DNA of 63,702 bases, counting the filler, from Octopus bimaculoides (lineage: Eukaryota), in assembly GCF_001194135.2 (NCBI RefSeq). It is 9 parts of 8 records of this genome, joined end to end, with 100 filler letters (N's around TTAATTAATTAA, not from the genome) between each part and the next. Parts side by side here need not be neighbours in the genome. Positions count along the whole stretch, not along the records: positions 21,609 to 34,534 come from NC_068981.1; positions 34,635 to 45,485 come from NC_069006.1; 7 more parts are not named here. One strand, 5' to 3'. Positions within the stretch are counted from its first letter, which is position 1, and each line of letters begins with the position of its first letter. The notes beneath the pieces were generated by a model. It had not been told where the DNA came from, searched no databases, and saw nothing but the letters and a program-made list of their open reading frames with translations. Positions 23,935-36,489 of the stretch are shown piece by piece. The translations under genes were made by a program, and so were the position numbers.

Positions 23935-24665
23935 TGTGGAGAGCAGAGAGAGACTGTTTGCCGACGACGCTGCTGTAGTAGCTCATTCAGAACTTCAAAA
24001 GTCTCAACAAGGCATGCTGTGCCTTCAGCTTAACAATCAGCCAACAGTAGACCAAGGTAATAAATAGGTCAAGGTGTCTCGGATCCCTCCATCATTACCA
24101 TCGACAACCACTTACTCGATGTGGTCCGTGCGTTTATGTACCTTGGCTCAACAATTACTGATAGCCTCACACTTGACCGGGAGCCGAACAGGAGAATCGG
24201 GTTAGCAGCTTCGACCTTCGCCAGACTATCTCAAAAAGTGTGGTTAAACGGCAAGCTGATGAGATACACTAAATTTACTGTCTATAAAGTATGTGTCCTC
24301 AGCACCTTGTTATATGGTGAGAAATGGTGCATGTACGCCAGACAAGAGCGCCGCCTGAATGCCTTCCATCTGTGCAACCTTCGGAGTATTCTCGGGGTTA
24401 AGTGGAACGACCGCATCACCAACAACGAGACACCATTTTCCAGTTATAAACTACTTCCACAATACTTCGGCAATGCCGTCAGTGGTGGCTGGGAAACGTG
24501 CATCGGCTGCCTGATGGGAGGTTACAGAAAGATATATTGTATGGGGAGCTAGCCTCTGGCAGACATGCTCACGGACGACCACATCTCCGTTTCAAGGATG
24601 TGTGCAAACGTGATATGAAGGCCATGAGAATGAATACCAAAACCTAGGAGAACATGGCAAAAGAC
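23935..24665 (+). mobile_element. RTE-clade LINE fragment (RT C-terminus/thumb)
   Basis: VVRAFMYLGSTIT..RRIGLAASTFARL..VCVLSTLLYGE.W..RRLNAFHL..ILGVKWNDRITN, then in a shifted frame GELASG..GRPHLRFKDVCKRDMKA. Confidence 0.85.
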
Positions 24666-25311
24666 NNNNNNNNNNNNNNNNNNNNNNNNNNNNNNNNNNN
24701 NNNNNNNNNNNNNNNNNNNNNNNNNNNNNNNNNNNNNNNNNNNNNNNNNNNNNNNNNNNNNNNNNNNNNNNNNNNNNNNNNNNNNNNNNNNNNNNNNNNN
24801 NNNNNNNNNNNNNNNNNNNNNNNNNNNNNNNNNNNNNNNNNNNNNNNNNNNNNNNNNNNNNNNNNNNNNNNNNNNNNNNNNNNNNNNNNNNNNNNNNNNN
24901 NNNNNNNNNNNNNNNNNNNNNNNNNNNNNNNNNNNNNNNNNNNNNNNNNNNNNNNNNNNNNNNNNNNNNNNNNNNNNNNNNNNNNNNNNNNNNGTGTGTG
25001 TGTCTGTGTGTGTTTGTATGTGTGTGTGTGTGTGTCTGTGTGTGTGTGTGTGTGTCTGTGTGTGTGTGTGTGTAGAGGGAGAGAGAATTAACAGATGAGA
25101 TCCAGAGATCCTCAGTATAAAAGCAACTTTGTAAATGATTTGAACTTACATCCCGATATCTTTACCAGAGACCAAGTCACGGTGTAAAGGGTGGCTATGA
25201 GACGAATCTATGTGAGCAGATATGGACAGAATTGCACGAATAAACAAATAAAATTGCTTGGGTTTGATAAACAATACGCACAGAGGAACACACACACACA
25301 CACGCACACGC

Positions 25312-25359
<48 letters not shown>

Positions 25360-25492
25360 GCACATATCTATATGTATATATATACTTGTAAATAGAGAGA
25401 AAGCAAAGACTGAAAACTTACTGGCGATGAATATTCACATATGAATATATAAATATATATTAACTTACACAGAGTACAGACGACAGACAAAA

Positions 25493-25924
25493 TTAAGAGG
25501 GGGGGGCGGACATGATATTATAAGTCCGACAGATGTTTCTGGGGACATGGAGACCCTTCATAATGTTGGCAGATGTAGGTCGCCAGAGCATGCAACCAGG
25601 AATAGAAGCAAATAAACAGTGGATGAATCCAGCCTCGGTCTTCAGTGTAGAAAACATTCTGACATTCCAGATCATGACGGAGAGATGTTTGAAGGTTTAA
25701 TGCACATTTGAACTTCTAATTACACCTTTAAACTTCTTTCCATCATGATCTAAAATGTCAGATTCATGTCTACCTTAAATATGCAGGCTGGATTCACCCA
25801 ATGTTTATTCACTCCCATTGTTGATTACATACTCTGGTGAACTACATCAGCCAACATTATCAAAGATCTCCAAGCCCCCGGAAACAGCAGTCAGACTTAT
25901 AACACCATACCTTCTCCTCTTTAA
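25493..25924. mobile_element. Palindromic MITE with TTAA flanks (Kolobok-like termini)
   Basis: TTAA at 25493-25496 and 25921-25924. Arms of about 200 bp (about 25497-25705 and 25720-25920) are diverged inverted copies sharing TTATAAGTC, ATAATGTTGGC, TGAATCCAGCCT, CTGACATT, AGATCATGA. Confidence 0.65.
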
Positions 25925-26334
25925 TTTTTTTGTCATTCGTACACTGTGTTACTTTGTTCTATCAATATATACGATGGGGTACTGAAACGTACTTCTCATT
26001 GGGTAAGAAAAATACAGATGGATTTTATCCAACATGTTTCCCTCTCAGATTCACGCACTTATTGCAGCTTTCCTTCAGTTTTTTTAAACTCTATAAAAGA
26101 TTTCGGAAGGATGGGCCTACAACGAGGCCTTTCACGATACCCTTAAAACCAGGAAATTCGCAGCACCCATTCACAAATATCAATATACTTGAATGTTCAG
26201 TCCCTCCTTTCTCTCTGTTTACATGTATACATATGTATATATTTTATATATCAAATCTAAGCAGTTTTATTTGTTTATTCGCATATCATATAATTGTCTG
26301 TATACATACATGCATACATAAATATATAGGGTGC

Positions 26335-26405
<71 letters not shown>

Positions 26406-29400
26406 CGGGGTTGATCTTAAGATGATGTATAAATAGGTATGTATGTGTGTGAGAGTTATAATGTCAACTTTCCTATGTTTAAACAGTATGGTAGTCTTCA
26501 TCGATATATTTTCGATTCTAAAAGAAGTATTAAACAGGCTGCCTTGAGGGAAATGTCTCTTATAATTATAATTATTATTTCGTAATTATAGACGGGCACC
26601 AATGTAAGTAGACACACTTAATCATAACAGTGATACCTATATACACACCTACACAGATATATAAGTACAGAGGATGTATGTATATGTGTATTTGTGATTA
26701 GATATACGTGCTGGTGTGGATGTGTAAGTTCTTATTCGCACTCCTGTTCTTTTATGTATCTATCTGGATGTGTCAATATATTTTGTAACGACATTGTAAA
26801 GAATATATTTTTTGTTTGGAAATAAATTGTTTGTAATGTTATTTTTATGGTGTGTGTGTGTGTGTCTGTTTATATTAAGTTGTATGCGTTTATGTTAGGC
26901 GTGCGTGTGTCTGTATGTGGGTGAAACAAAAACATCAATACTTTGGAATCTTGGTTTACCAAAATTTATTATTATAAAACTGATTATATTGAAACCTCAG
27001 GCTAGAGAAATCTTCCTGCTAGTCTTTGTGATTTGATATACGATAATTGTTATATTCAATATTTATATGTGTTGTTGAATGTCGGTGATGTATAAAGAAT
27101 TGTGATGGTATAAATAGTTTTCATTCCTATTTTATGACTCTTACTCCCACTAATACTCCGAAAGGTCTTGGAAGGGACTTGAACGTCACCTTCCATTAAA
27201 GTACCTTCATTAAAATATAATCATCGATAAAGTATAATCTTTTAAATTGCCAACTATCTCTGTTCCTACTCCTAAATGATTTCCACTTCTCCCGACTAGT
27301 ATTTTATCTATAATCTCTTGCACAGAAGAAATGGAGTATACTCACCTTGTCTTTTTTGTTTTGTTTTGGCTTTTCCTTTTTGTTGTGCGTCTCTTCCCTC
27401 TATTGTGTCGCAGCACGAAATTCGTTTTGATTACTTCTTTTCCCAAAAGATTCCACTTTCCAATAAAAACACATCAATTAGCAAATCTTCTAAGCTAAAA
27501 ATAAACTACACCTAAAACAGGCTCAGTGCCAAAATATTTGAGGAAAGAAGTGAATCAACTAAATGAACGGGAAGTCTTCATTAGGCCATTATTTTATGAA
27601 TCCCAAAAAGATGAAAGACAAACTCCACTTATGCAGAATTTGAACAAAACATTCCTAACTAAATAACACAAGGCTCTTTTTCCAGAAGCTACTGTTTTTG
27701 CTAACTCACTGCATGCTGATGGTGTAAATAGTTAATATCTTCACTATCAGAAAGAAACAAATAAACTGGCTGACCTATTTCTTTAATTAATTTTGCCGTT
27801 CTTCTGGAAGTACCAATAATAAACTTTAGTCAAGTAAGCTCTATTTTCTTTTTCTTTTCGGTAAGATGAACCGCGTGTCTATCAAAATTATAAATGCACT
27901 GTATATTATTTTATAACATTTTATAATTAGGTTTTGCAGTCATTCTCTTTTGATATATGACAAAATTTGACTTTGGGAAATTTAATTGTAATTTTTCTCA
28001 CATGAAATATGCTTGAAGGTATTGGATAGGAATTAGATAACTAAGCCAGTGTCTGGGCTCTCGTTTACTTTTATATTTTGTTTTCTTTCTATACAATACT
28101 CTTAACTTTATGTGGACAAGCTGTAGCAAATCTTTATTAGATTTCTAGAATGTAAAAATCTGCAGTGAAGTAATATTCTTATCATAGAGAATAATGTTTC
28201 ACTTCCGCTGCTAATGGGGGTGAGAATGGCTATATGAATATATGCAGCCCGTTAATCGAATTACAAAGTTAACTACGTTCTCTATGCTTGTATTATCTTT
28301 TCCCTTAGAGTTTCATTGATTAGCTCTTTGGAGATATGACGAATATCTATTGATCTATAAGGAAGCAACCAAGTGTAACCATGTTCTAAATACAAATCCC
28401 TATGTTTCTTTTCACTTCTTTTTCTGTATACTATTTATTTCTCAAACTTTCTTTCAATAAATATTATTTTAAAAACAAATATTTCATGACACACCAAAGT
28501 CCGCATTTATCGATCAGCTGTATTTTCTGCAATGTATGAAGCAAATCAAGACATTATTCCAGAGTAATTTGGTTATATTGGATGGATGCCTTGCAGATGG
28601 GAAGCCTTTGACAAATCCTCAGGGCGTCTTGGATTAACTGTCTGCACAATAATGGTATTTCATAATGTTGGCTTCACTAGCCAACCAAATTTGACGATAG
28701 CGATATACGGCCAAACGAATTGCAAGGATCATTTAAGATTGTCATACAAATTATCTCAATGCGTCCAACCATGAAAGGGAAAGTACACTAACGATCATTG
28801 AAACAAAGTGAAGCTGAAAATGATTCAAAACCATTCACGGGAATAAAGATAATAAATAACGAAATTGAACAGGTGACAGAGGAAATCAGACCTGAAAAGA
28901 AATTGTCCGTAGTCAATGATCACCTAGGGATCAATCCTTGCTCAAATAATTAATGATATACAGGGTGATTCAAAAGTCTCCTTAGCGTTAATATAATCTG
29001 GCTAAGAGCCGAAGTCTGTTGAGCTTCTATAACGCGTTGCCTCTTCTTTCTTTCTCCCTCTCGATTCTTTCCCAGTTCGTTTTCCTCTCTACTTCAGGTA
29101 TTAAACTAGTGATCGACTCCTTTCTATTCCTGCAAAGGCTCAAGTTTAAGGACAACTAGTCTACTACCCTGTTGCTCATATTGACATATGACATCAGAAC
29201 TACAGAATACAGAACAACTGGATAAATTTGCCGAAATATTTTGTAATATTTTAATCATTACATTTAACTAATATATAAATATATATAAATATATATATAT
29301 ANNNNNNNNNNNNNNNNNNNNNNNNNNNNNNNNNNNNNNNNNNNNNNNNNNNNNNNNNNNNNNNNNNNNNNNNNNNNNNNNNNNNNNNNNNNNNNNNNNN

Positions 29401-29733
29401 NNNNNNNNNNNNNNNNNNNNNNNNNNNNNNNNNNNNNNNNNNNNNNNNNNNNNNNNNNNNNNNNNNNNNNNNNNNNNNNNNNNNNNNNNNNNNNNNNNNN
29501 NNNNNNNNNNNNNNNNNNNNNNNNNNNNNNNNNNNNNNNNNNNNNNNNNNNNNNNNNNNNNNNNNNNNNNNNNNNNNNNNNNNNNNNNNNNNNNNNNNNN
29601 NNNNNNNNNNNNNNNNNNNNNNNNNNNNNNNNNNNNNNNNNNNNNNNNNNNNNNNNNNNNNNNNNNNNNNNNNNNNNNNNNNNNNNNNNNNNNNNNNNNN
29701 NNNNNNNNNNNNNNNNNNNNNNNNNNNNNNNNN

Positions 29734-29788
<55 letters not shown>

Positions 29789-30334
29789 GCGCGTGTGTGT
29801 GTATACACATTCAGACCTTATCCAATTCGTCCGTAAAAACGTCAAATAAACATATTAGTACACAACGTACTTCGGTTAAAATATTTGTAATCTTTATGAG
29901 TTGCTCCTATTTTAATTCATTCCTCAATTAAATATAATCAAAAATTAATGAGATATTTATGTTATGTAAATCGGTTAAATTTTGTTATTGCATGTGGTGA
30001 TAGCAAATATAATTTACGTATTTTTCTCCATTTCAAAATGAGAATATACTTCATGTGAGTGAAACATATCTCACCATGGATGTTCTAATATATAAAATCG
30101 AATCAAATAATTTGCATATTGAATAATCATTCAAATATTAAAGAACGACTGATGATTCTTTATCATATACTACGATTTTCATTATATATGTATGGATGTA
30201 TGTAGAGATGCATATGTACATGAATGCATACTTACTTATACGCACACACATACACTCCTCTCACCCACATACGTAATATGCATACATATATATAGAGACA
30301 GACAGAGAGAGGGCGTGCAATTATGTATATTAAG

Positions 30335-30607
30335 TACATCAAATACAAAATATGTATATATGTATACATGCAAAACTAGAGAAAGCAAAAGGTGAAAACT
30401 TTCAGATGATGAATTTTTATGTATAGATATATAGATGTTTATATTACTAGGTCCAACTTACACTTACATGTATACTCTGTATAAGGTGGATCTATTAATA
30501 TAAATATCTATATATCTATACATAAAAATTCATCATCTGAAAGTTTCCACCTTTTGCTTTCTCTCGTTTTGTATGTATACATATATACATATTTTGTGTT
30601 TGATGTA
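30335..30607. repeat. Long inverted repeat (112-bp arms)
   Basis: 30335-30446 is the reverse complement of 30496-30607 with 5 mismatches counted by eye. A diverged solo arm lies at about 25385-25470. Confidence 0.9.
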
Positions 30608-31399
30608 TCTAATACATTTAATATATTTGATGTGTCTAAATTGTTTATCCGCCTCATTGCCTCTATTTCCGCTAAACTTGGTCCCTCTCATAGCATTTCT
30701 TTCCTTTGTGGAATGATCCCCTCTAATGACATCGAAGTCTAAGTTTGAATCTTTTCAGCACTACTGTCTTCTATATGGACAATCTCTAGATCCCATTTGT
30801 GAACTATATATATAGGCGCAGGCACAGTAAATAGAAATTTACCATGTCGTAGCAGACTACGTACCATCCTAGGGAACTGAAGTGTTCTTGAAGACTTGAT
30901 GAAGCGTAAAGTTCACCTACTTTCCTAAGTGAAAATGAAAATGAAGCTAAGTCGTATTGTTTCTCACTACCCCGTAATACCCAGACATAAGAATGAAGCC
31001 ATCATGTCTAATGAAACATTAAATAAGAAACGTTTGTTTTTTTTTATGCCTTGTGTAAAGCGAGCGCTGATAGAATTAATTTTAAAGCTAGTGTTTGTAG
31101 GGAACATGATAGGATCGCGTGACTTGAAATCCATAATATAACAGCTACCAGTACATTTTTAACATTCCAAGAATTCGTGGTTGAACAAACGTATCTTTAA
31201 TGATAGTTTTTTTTTCCTGAAGTTCATTGTGTCTGTGTGTAAATAGCAAAGAAATATACTCAAACCTTCTCTTGGTGAGGTGAAGATATGAGTAAACTTA
31301 TCCAGCAAAATTACCTCTCTCAGAGGCCACCAACACGTTAGTAATTATCGTAAGACAACAGAGTAACATTGTTAGTAACATAGAAAGCACGTTAATAAT

Positions 31400-31900
31400 A
31401 ACGGTTGATACGTATGTTCTTGCTACAAGTGATACTTCGACGATCAAGCCAAAGGATGATATTAAAACTATATGCTACAACAGACTGTACAAACGAAGGA
31501 ATTAGGATCTCATGGTGACAGACGATAACGACATGATGCCAGATACATGAAGATAAAACATATCTCACAATCACATCAAGAGCAAAAAATTTAAGCCAGC
31601 AATATTCAGTTTCTCATCTTTATGCACGGCATTGAAGACAGCCACTTTAGACAAACCTTGAAATGCGTCTTCTGTGCGTTAGGAATATGATATTGAATTA
31701 CGTGAATTAAGGTATTTGCTTTGCATATTATGGCGGATAGGTGAAACAAATGTCACAGATATTGCCGTCAGCAGCTGACAAGAAGACACAATGAGTGATT
31801 TTGATTATCAAGTGTTAACAGAAGAAGAAATACCGAGAGAAGTTCTGATTAATCATAGCGGACATAGTGAAGATGATGAACACGATGAGTAATTGCCCAA
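31400..31900 (+). pseudogene. pogo/Tigger-like DDE transposase remnant, highly decayed
   Basis: DTSTIKPKD..IKT..RLYKRR (resembles NTTSLIQPMDQGII) near 31430-31500 and DFDYQVLTEEEIPREVL..EDDEHDE near 31797-31890. Confidence 0.4.
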
Positions 31901-33889
31901 GAAACTCTAATTTAATGTTAGGCGAGAATCTACTGATGACTTAATTTTGAGAAATTGAATTGTCAACAGACTGATACTTAGCAATATTATTAATATATTA
32001 CAGCTTTAGGCGGTGTCATTATCTAGAAATAGCATTAGCAAGATAAAAATATAAACTTTATTCTCCAAATTCATTCATTCCATCTCCACCAGAGCTGTTA
32101 AGGCTTCCAATGATATAAATGATCCTACTACAGGTGACTCTTTTTCCCTCCGTTATAACTCCCATTAATTTGATTTAACACATACACTGCGAAATTACAT
32201 TTCATGGTTATTCTAGGGATGATGTCAAATATCTACCAAAAAAATATAATTGGCATTTTCTGTAAGTCATGTTGCTTCACTAAACTTGACATATCTCAAT
32301 AGAAAATAGTTTCAAACATGACATTCCTCAACAAAAGATAGACTGATATATGAAATTGAATATAAAACTGTAAGTATATAAAATGATTAACAGAGCATCT
32401 TTGCACATATATGAAATGCCTGATCGCATGAAATTAATTAATAGAACAAGTCTTTATTAATAAATAAAATAAAGCCAATTGAGTATATTGTGTTTTACAT
32501 TTATCGTTTTTTAACAATCGTATATGTTTCACTTAAATATTACGATTTCCATATCTCTTTGTTAAACCTACTACATAGTAGTAATATGAAACCCTAAGGT
32601 GTGTGAAATGCATAGTTGATACATTGTGAAACTAAATGTCTTACGGTTTCCATGAAAATAAAAATATTTTTTAAGACAAGAAATCAATTAATCATGATAC
32701 ACTATGTCGATCATATTTATAAATGATTGGATTTTATCTCTTTGTTCAATTATATCATTGAATGAATCAGTTTAAATTATATCATTATATCATTGAACGA
32801 ATCAGTTTAAATTTTACGTAATATTTCTTGCATGAACCGCCTCGTGCATCTTTTGGAAGCATATCTGTTGAATTGGTTTAAAGTCGTTTAGAAAGCAATT
32901 CCAGGTAGTTATAAAAACCACATTTTAGCTACTCTGTGAGATGGGAATTCAATACTAATCTTCATATATTTTCCAAGAGAACTTAGCAAGTAAAAGGATA
33001 TCGCTAATGACATGCAAATTTTAAAAGCATTAACACTGAGAAGCCTTTAATTTTGTAATAATTCCAAATTTCCAGATTATATGTAAATCATTTATAGCAT
33101 GACATGTCGAAAGTTTATTGAATATAATGAACAAACGCCTACTCTTTGCACTTAGAATTCGATGAGAAGGAGTAAATTTCAATACACATCTGGGGATTCT
33201 CAGATGTAAGCACGATATCATCTACTTATAACTAAAAAGATCTAGCATTTATGTACATGTATCTTAAATCATATATCTGTATATATGTATATTTTTGTGT
33301 GTAATGTGTGTATGTATCTGTATGTATCGCTCTGTGCTTCAAATTGATTATTCACTTCGACACAACTAGAGTTTATCAATCATGGGCGTACTTTGTCGCA
33401 GGAATAAATGTATATAAGCTTGAAACGTTAAGTAACAACGGAAAGAACCAGCGAAATTAAACAATAATTTTATCGACTACACTAATTAATGAGACAATTT
33501 CACGGAATAAAATGTGTTGCGTCTCCGTATATATTCACATAGAGGTTTCATCTAAAATAAAACTTTTTTTGACATCTGTCAGTCTGGTACTGAAAGATGT
33601 AAACCTAAAGGATTTGACAAATGACTTAAACTAAAATATTTTCCTCTAAATGTCTGGTCCTGGTCATAAACTCACTACATTTGACCTTAACACCCGACGA
33701 TTTTACGTTTGCGCTCATATCGATGGAAATATAAGACATTTAAATTTATTGTTTAATATTTCAAAGTTCATGTATGATACTGTAGAAATGTAGCGATGTA
33801 AATAGATTGCTGTATGTGTGTGTGTTTCTGTTGTGTGTGCGTGTATGTGTGTATGTAGATGTGTATGTGTGTGCGCATGTGTGTGCCAT

Positions 33890-34144
33890 CGAAATTATAT
33901 TAGCTCAGCAGGAAATTTGATCCGAAAGAGATTTACGGTCCAAAGAAAACAAATTTCCTCCACACAATGTCGCCAAATATACCTCAATCAACACACTGAC
34001 GAATGAACAGAACGATAACCACTACAATTCGAAATTTTCCAATTTTATCAACTTGCCTTTTGGACCTCAACACAAGTACGACTGAATAAAGAAGTCTCAT
34101 TTATCCAGAATTATAAACCAGAATTAAATATGAAACCATATTGA
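33890..34144 (+). pseudogene. Second Penelope-like GIY-YIG endonuclease remnant
   Basis: Single frame: RNYISSAGNLIRKRFTVQRKQI..RQIYLNQHTDE*TER*PLQFEIFQFYQL..RLNKEVSFIQNYKPELNMKPY* with the typical R..KE..FI..YKPELN terminus. Confidence 0.75.
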
Positions 34145-34295
34145 AAATATAGGGCTTAACACATCTAATGGAAGATCTAAGCCAGATTAAAGCAGAGAAC
34201 AAAAAAAAACAAAAAATTAAAATTACAAAATAAATAAGTGAACAATTATTTCCCCTTGGAATATTTTCCCCCTAGCAATTTTTCTCTTTCAACTC

Positions 34296-34328
34296 TAAAT
34301 TTGATGAGCAATACGAAACCGGTCTTTA
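34296..34328 (+). ncRNA. Degenerate minimal hammerhead ribozyme
   Basis: TAAA-T-TTGATGA-G-CAATA-C-GAAA-CCGG-TC-TTTA: near-consensus core, palindromic ACCGGT stem III, GUC triplet, weak stems I and II. Confidence 0.55.
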
Positions 34329-34494
34329 TGTCAATTTTGTTGAAAGAATAATACCTTGTAGAAAATTGTATATCTTTATTATCATGGCTCTAATATGCTC
34401 TTAAATCTTGTAAAACAAATCTTGTGTTTTTTCAACTTAACTTTTTCTCTATTTATATCCACCACGTGTGTTTTCCCACTAAAATATTTTCTAC

Positions 34495-34534
<40 letters not shown>

Positions 34535-35140
34535 NNNNNNNNNNNNNNNNNNNNNNNNNNNNNNNNNNNNNNNNNNNNTTAATTAATTAANNNNNNNNNN
34601 NNNNNNNNNNNNNNNNNNNNNNNNNNNNNNNNNNCTGCAAAAAAGAAATCACCCTGGATCCCATATTCTAAATTGCTTTAAATATCATATGCTTTAATAC
34701 ACTAAAACTTTTTCCTGAATATGCACAGCTGAAAGTGGGGTGCATCTAATATACCCATGTGTCTCTTTTATGCCATCAAATGTGGTAAATACAGCAAGAC
34801 GCAAATGACTGGGCTACAAAAAAAAAAGTACTTGACATCAATGTCCAGTAATGTAGTTGACAAGGGCACATTGGTTTGGAACACAGTTATGACATTGTAG
34901 AAGACGAATTTGCTCAGGGATTGAACCTGAAATCATGTAGTCGTAGAACAAACTTCTTAACCATACAGATGTAACTACACCCATTATGTGTGTATAGGTG
35001 TATTTGTAATGTATATGAGTTGATGTTTACATGTGTGTGAATATATGTGTATTTGTGTGCACGTGGTACATCTATGCATATACGTGTGTGTGCATGTGTG
35101 TGTGTGTGTAAGTAAAACAAGAGCTGTCCAAGATGCTCTT

Positions 35141-35250
35141 GTCATGTGACACAAACAGCTCACGTGACAGTGTTTCTCTCTGCTGCTGTTGTTGCTGCAC
35201 CATTTTCGACCGATTGAAAGACTCTGTATCGAGGTTTCCTATTGGCTGAT
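35141..35250. promoter_or_regulatory. Candidate promoter-like motif cluster
   Basis: GTCATGTGAC (35141) and TCACGTGAC (35160) E-boxes, CACCATTTT (YY1-like, about 35198), ATTGGCT CCAAT box (35241). Motif coincidence only. Confidence 0.25.
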
Positions 35251-35419
35251 GTCCGGCATTTGTAGGAGACAATCAGATAAACTGCAGTGGTCATCGACAA
35301 AGACATTCCAAGTTCAGTGAACCTGCAATTAAAAGTAATTAATTAAATTAATGTTGTCATACTTAATATTAATTCCAGGGACCAACAAATAAATAATTTA
35401 AAATTGCCAATGGTTATGA

Positions 35420-36080
35420 ATGTTGAGTAATGACCGAAAGAGTATGCTTGCAAATATGAGCTTCCAAAATGGATTCCTCAGAAGAATTTCTGGCGTAACA
35501 CTAACCAACAGAGATCAAGCATTGAGAGGTCACAACTCTGGCTCTACGGATATGTGGTTAGAATGTCAAAAGAAAGACTTGAAAGATGAATTCTTTAAGC
35601 CAAGCCAACAGGTGGGAGACCCAGGGGTAGACCAAGAATGAAATAGTTGGATAATATCCATAGTTTCAGTTGGTCAAACTTGAGAAGCTAGCAAGGAAGT
35701 ATAATGAATGTTATTTCAGAAAAGATCCTATGGATGAGGTGCCTGAGGACTATCACCATAAACCTCCCAGGAATAGTTAGCAGAGAAAATGGATGGATGA
35801 ATGGATGGATGGATGGATGGATCATAGTTCTGGTAAGACGCAAACTGAGAATGGGACAGGAAACAACTGCAAGATGGATTCTTCAGGTTAAGCTAACAGG
35901 CAGGAGACCAAGGGGCAGATCAAGAATGAGATGGTTGGATAATATCCATAATCTCACTTGGGAACCCAGCAGGAAAGCATAATGACGGTTGCTTCTGACA
36001 GGACCCCATGGAGGAGATATCTGAGCAATGTACCCTCACAACCTTTCCAAGAATAGTGGGCAGAGAAAACGGATGGATGA
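35420..36080 (+). mobile_element. Two tandem 3' ends of an RTE-like LINE with (GGAT)n tails
   Basis: KPTGGRPRGRPRMK*LDNIH and KLTGRRPRGRSRMRWLDNIH, each followed by ..CAGAGAAAAYGGATGGATG (about 35780-35820 and 36060-36079). Confidence 0.7.
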
Positions 36081-36489
36081 AAATAACTACACAATGAGTA
36101 AGAGATAAAACTGATCACTGCTTAACAATTGATTAATGACACAAGCACATGATTACGAATTTAGGTGGAGCAGTAAATCAAGTGTGGATTCAGGATTAAG
36201 ATTGCTGGGGAAGGCAAGGCTGGGTGTAGAATTTAGAGAGAAATGAAAACTCAGAAAAGCCAGATAAACAGATAAATATACATAAATAGTTATTTATGTG
36301 CATTATAAAAAATTGTATTTATGAAATCTGCCAGAGGAGGACACCTCCTTCTTCCTTAGCTGGATCTGTCACAGAGAATATAGGTTATTAAATTGATCCA
36401 CAATGTTTTTCCTGATATTTTATTTTATAGACTCCCAGGAGGATGGAAGGTCAAATTGACCTTGGTGTGGTTTATTTTTTATCTTTTTC

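Noticed and set aside
28959-28980. TACAGGGTGATTCAAAAGTC, a Tc1/mariner-like TIR
   Set aside because: No partner TIR or transposase found in the readable sequence.
34004-34006. In-frame TGA at a position that looks like a conserved Cys of the PLE endonuclease (possible selenocysteine, as reported for some PLEs)
   Set aside because: A TAA follows four codons later, the copy is decayed, and no SECIS (ATGA..AA..GA) was found downstream; a simple nonsense mutation suffices.
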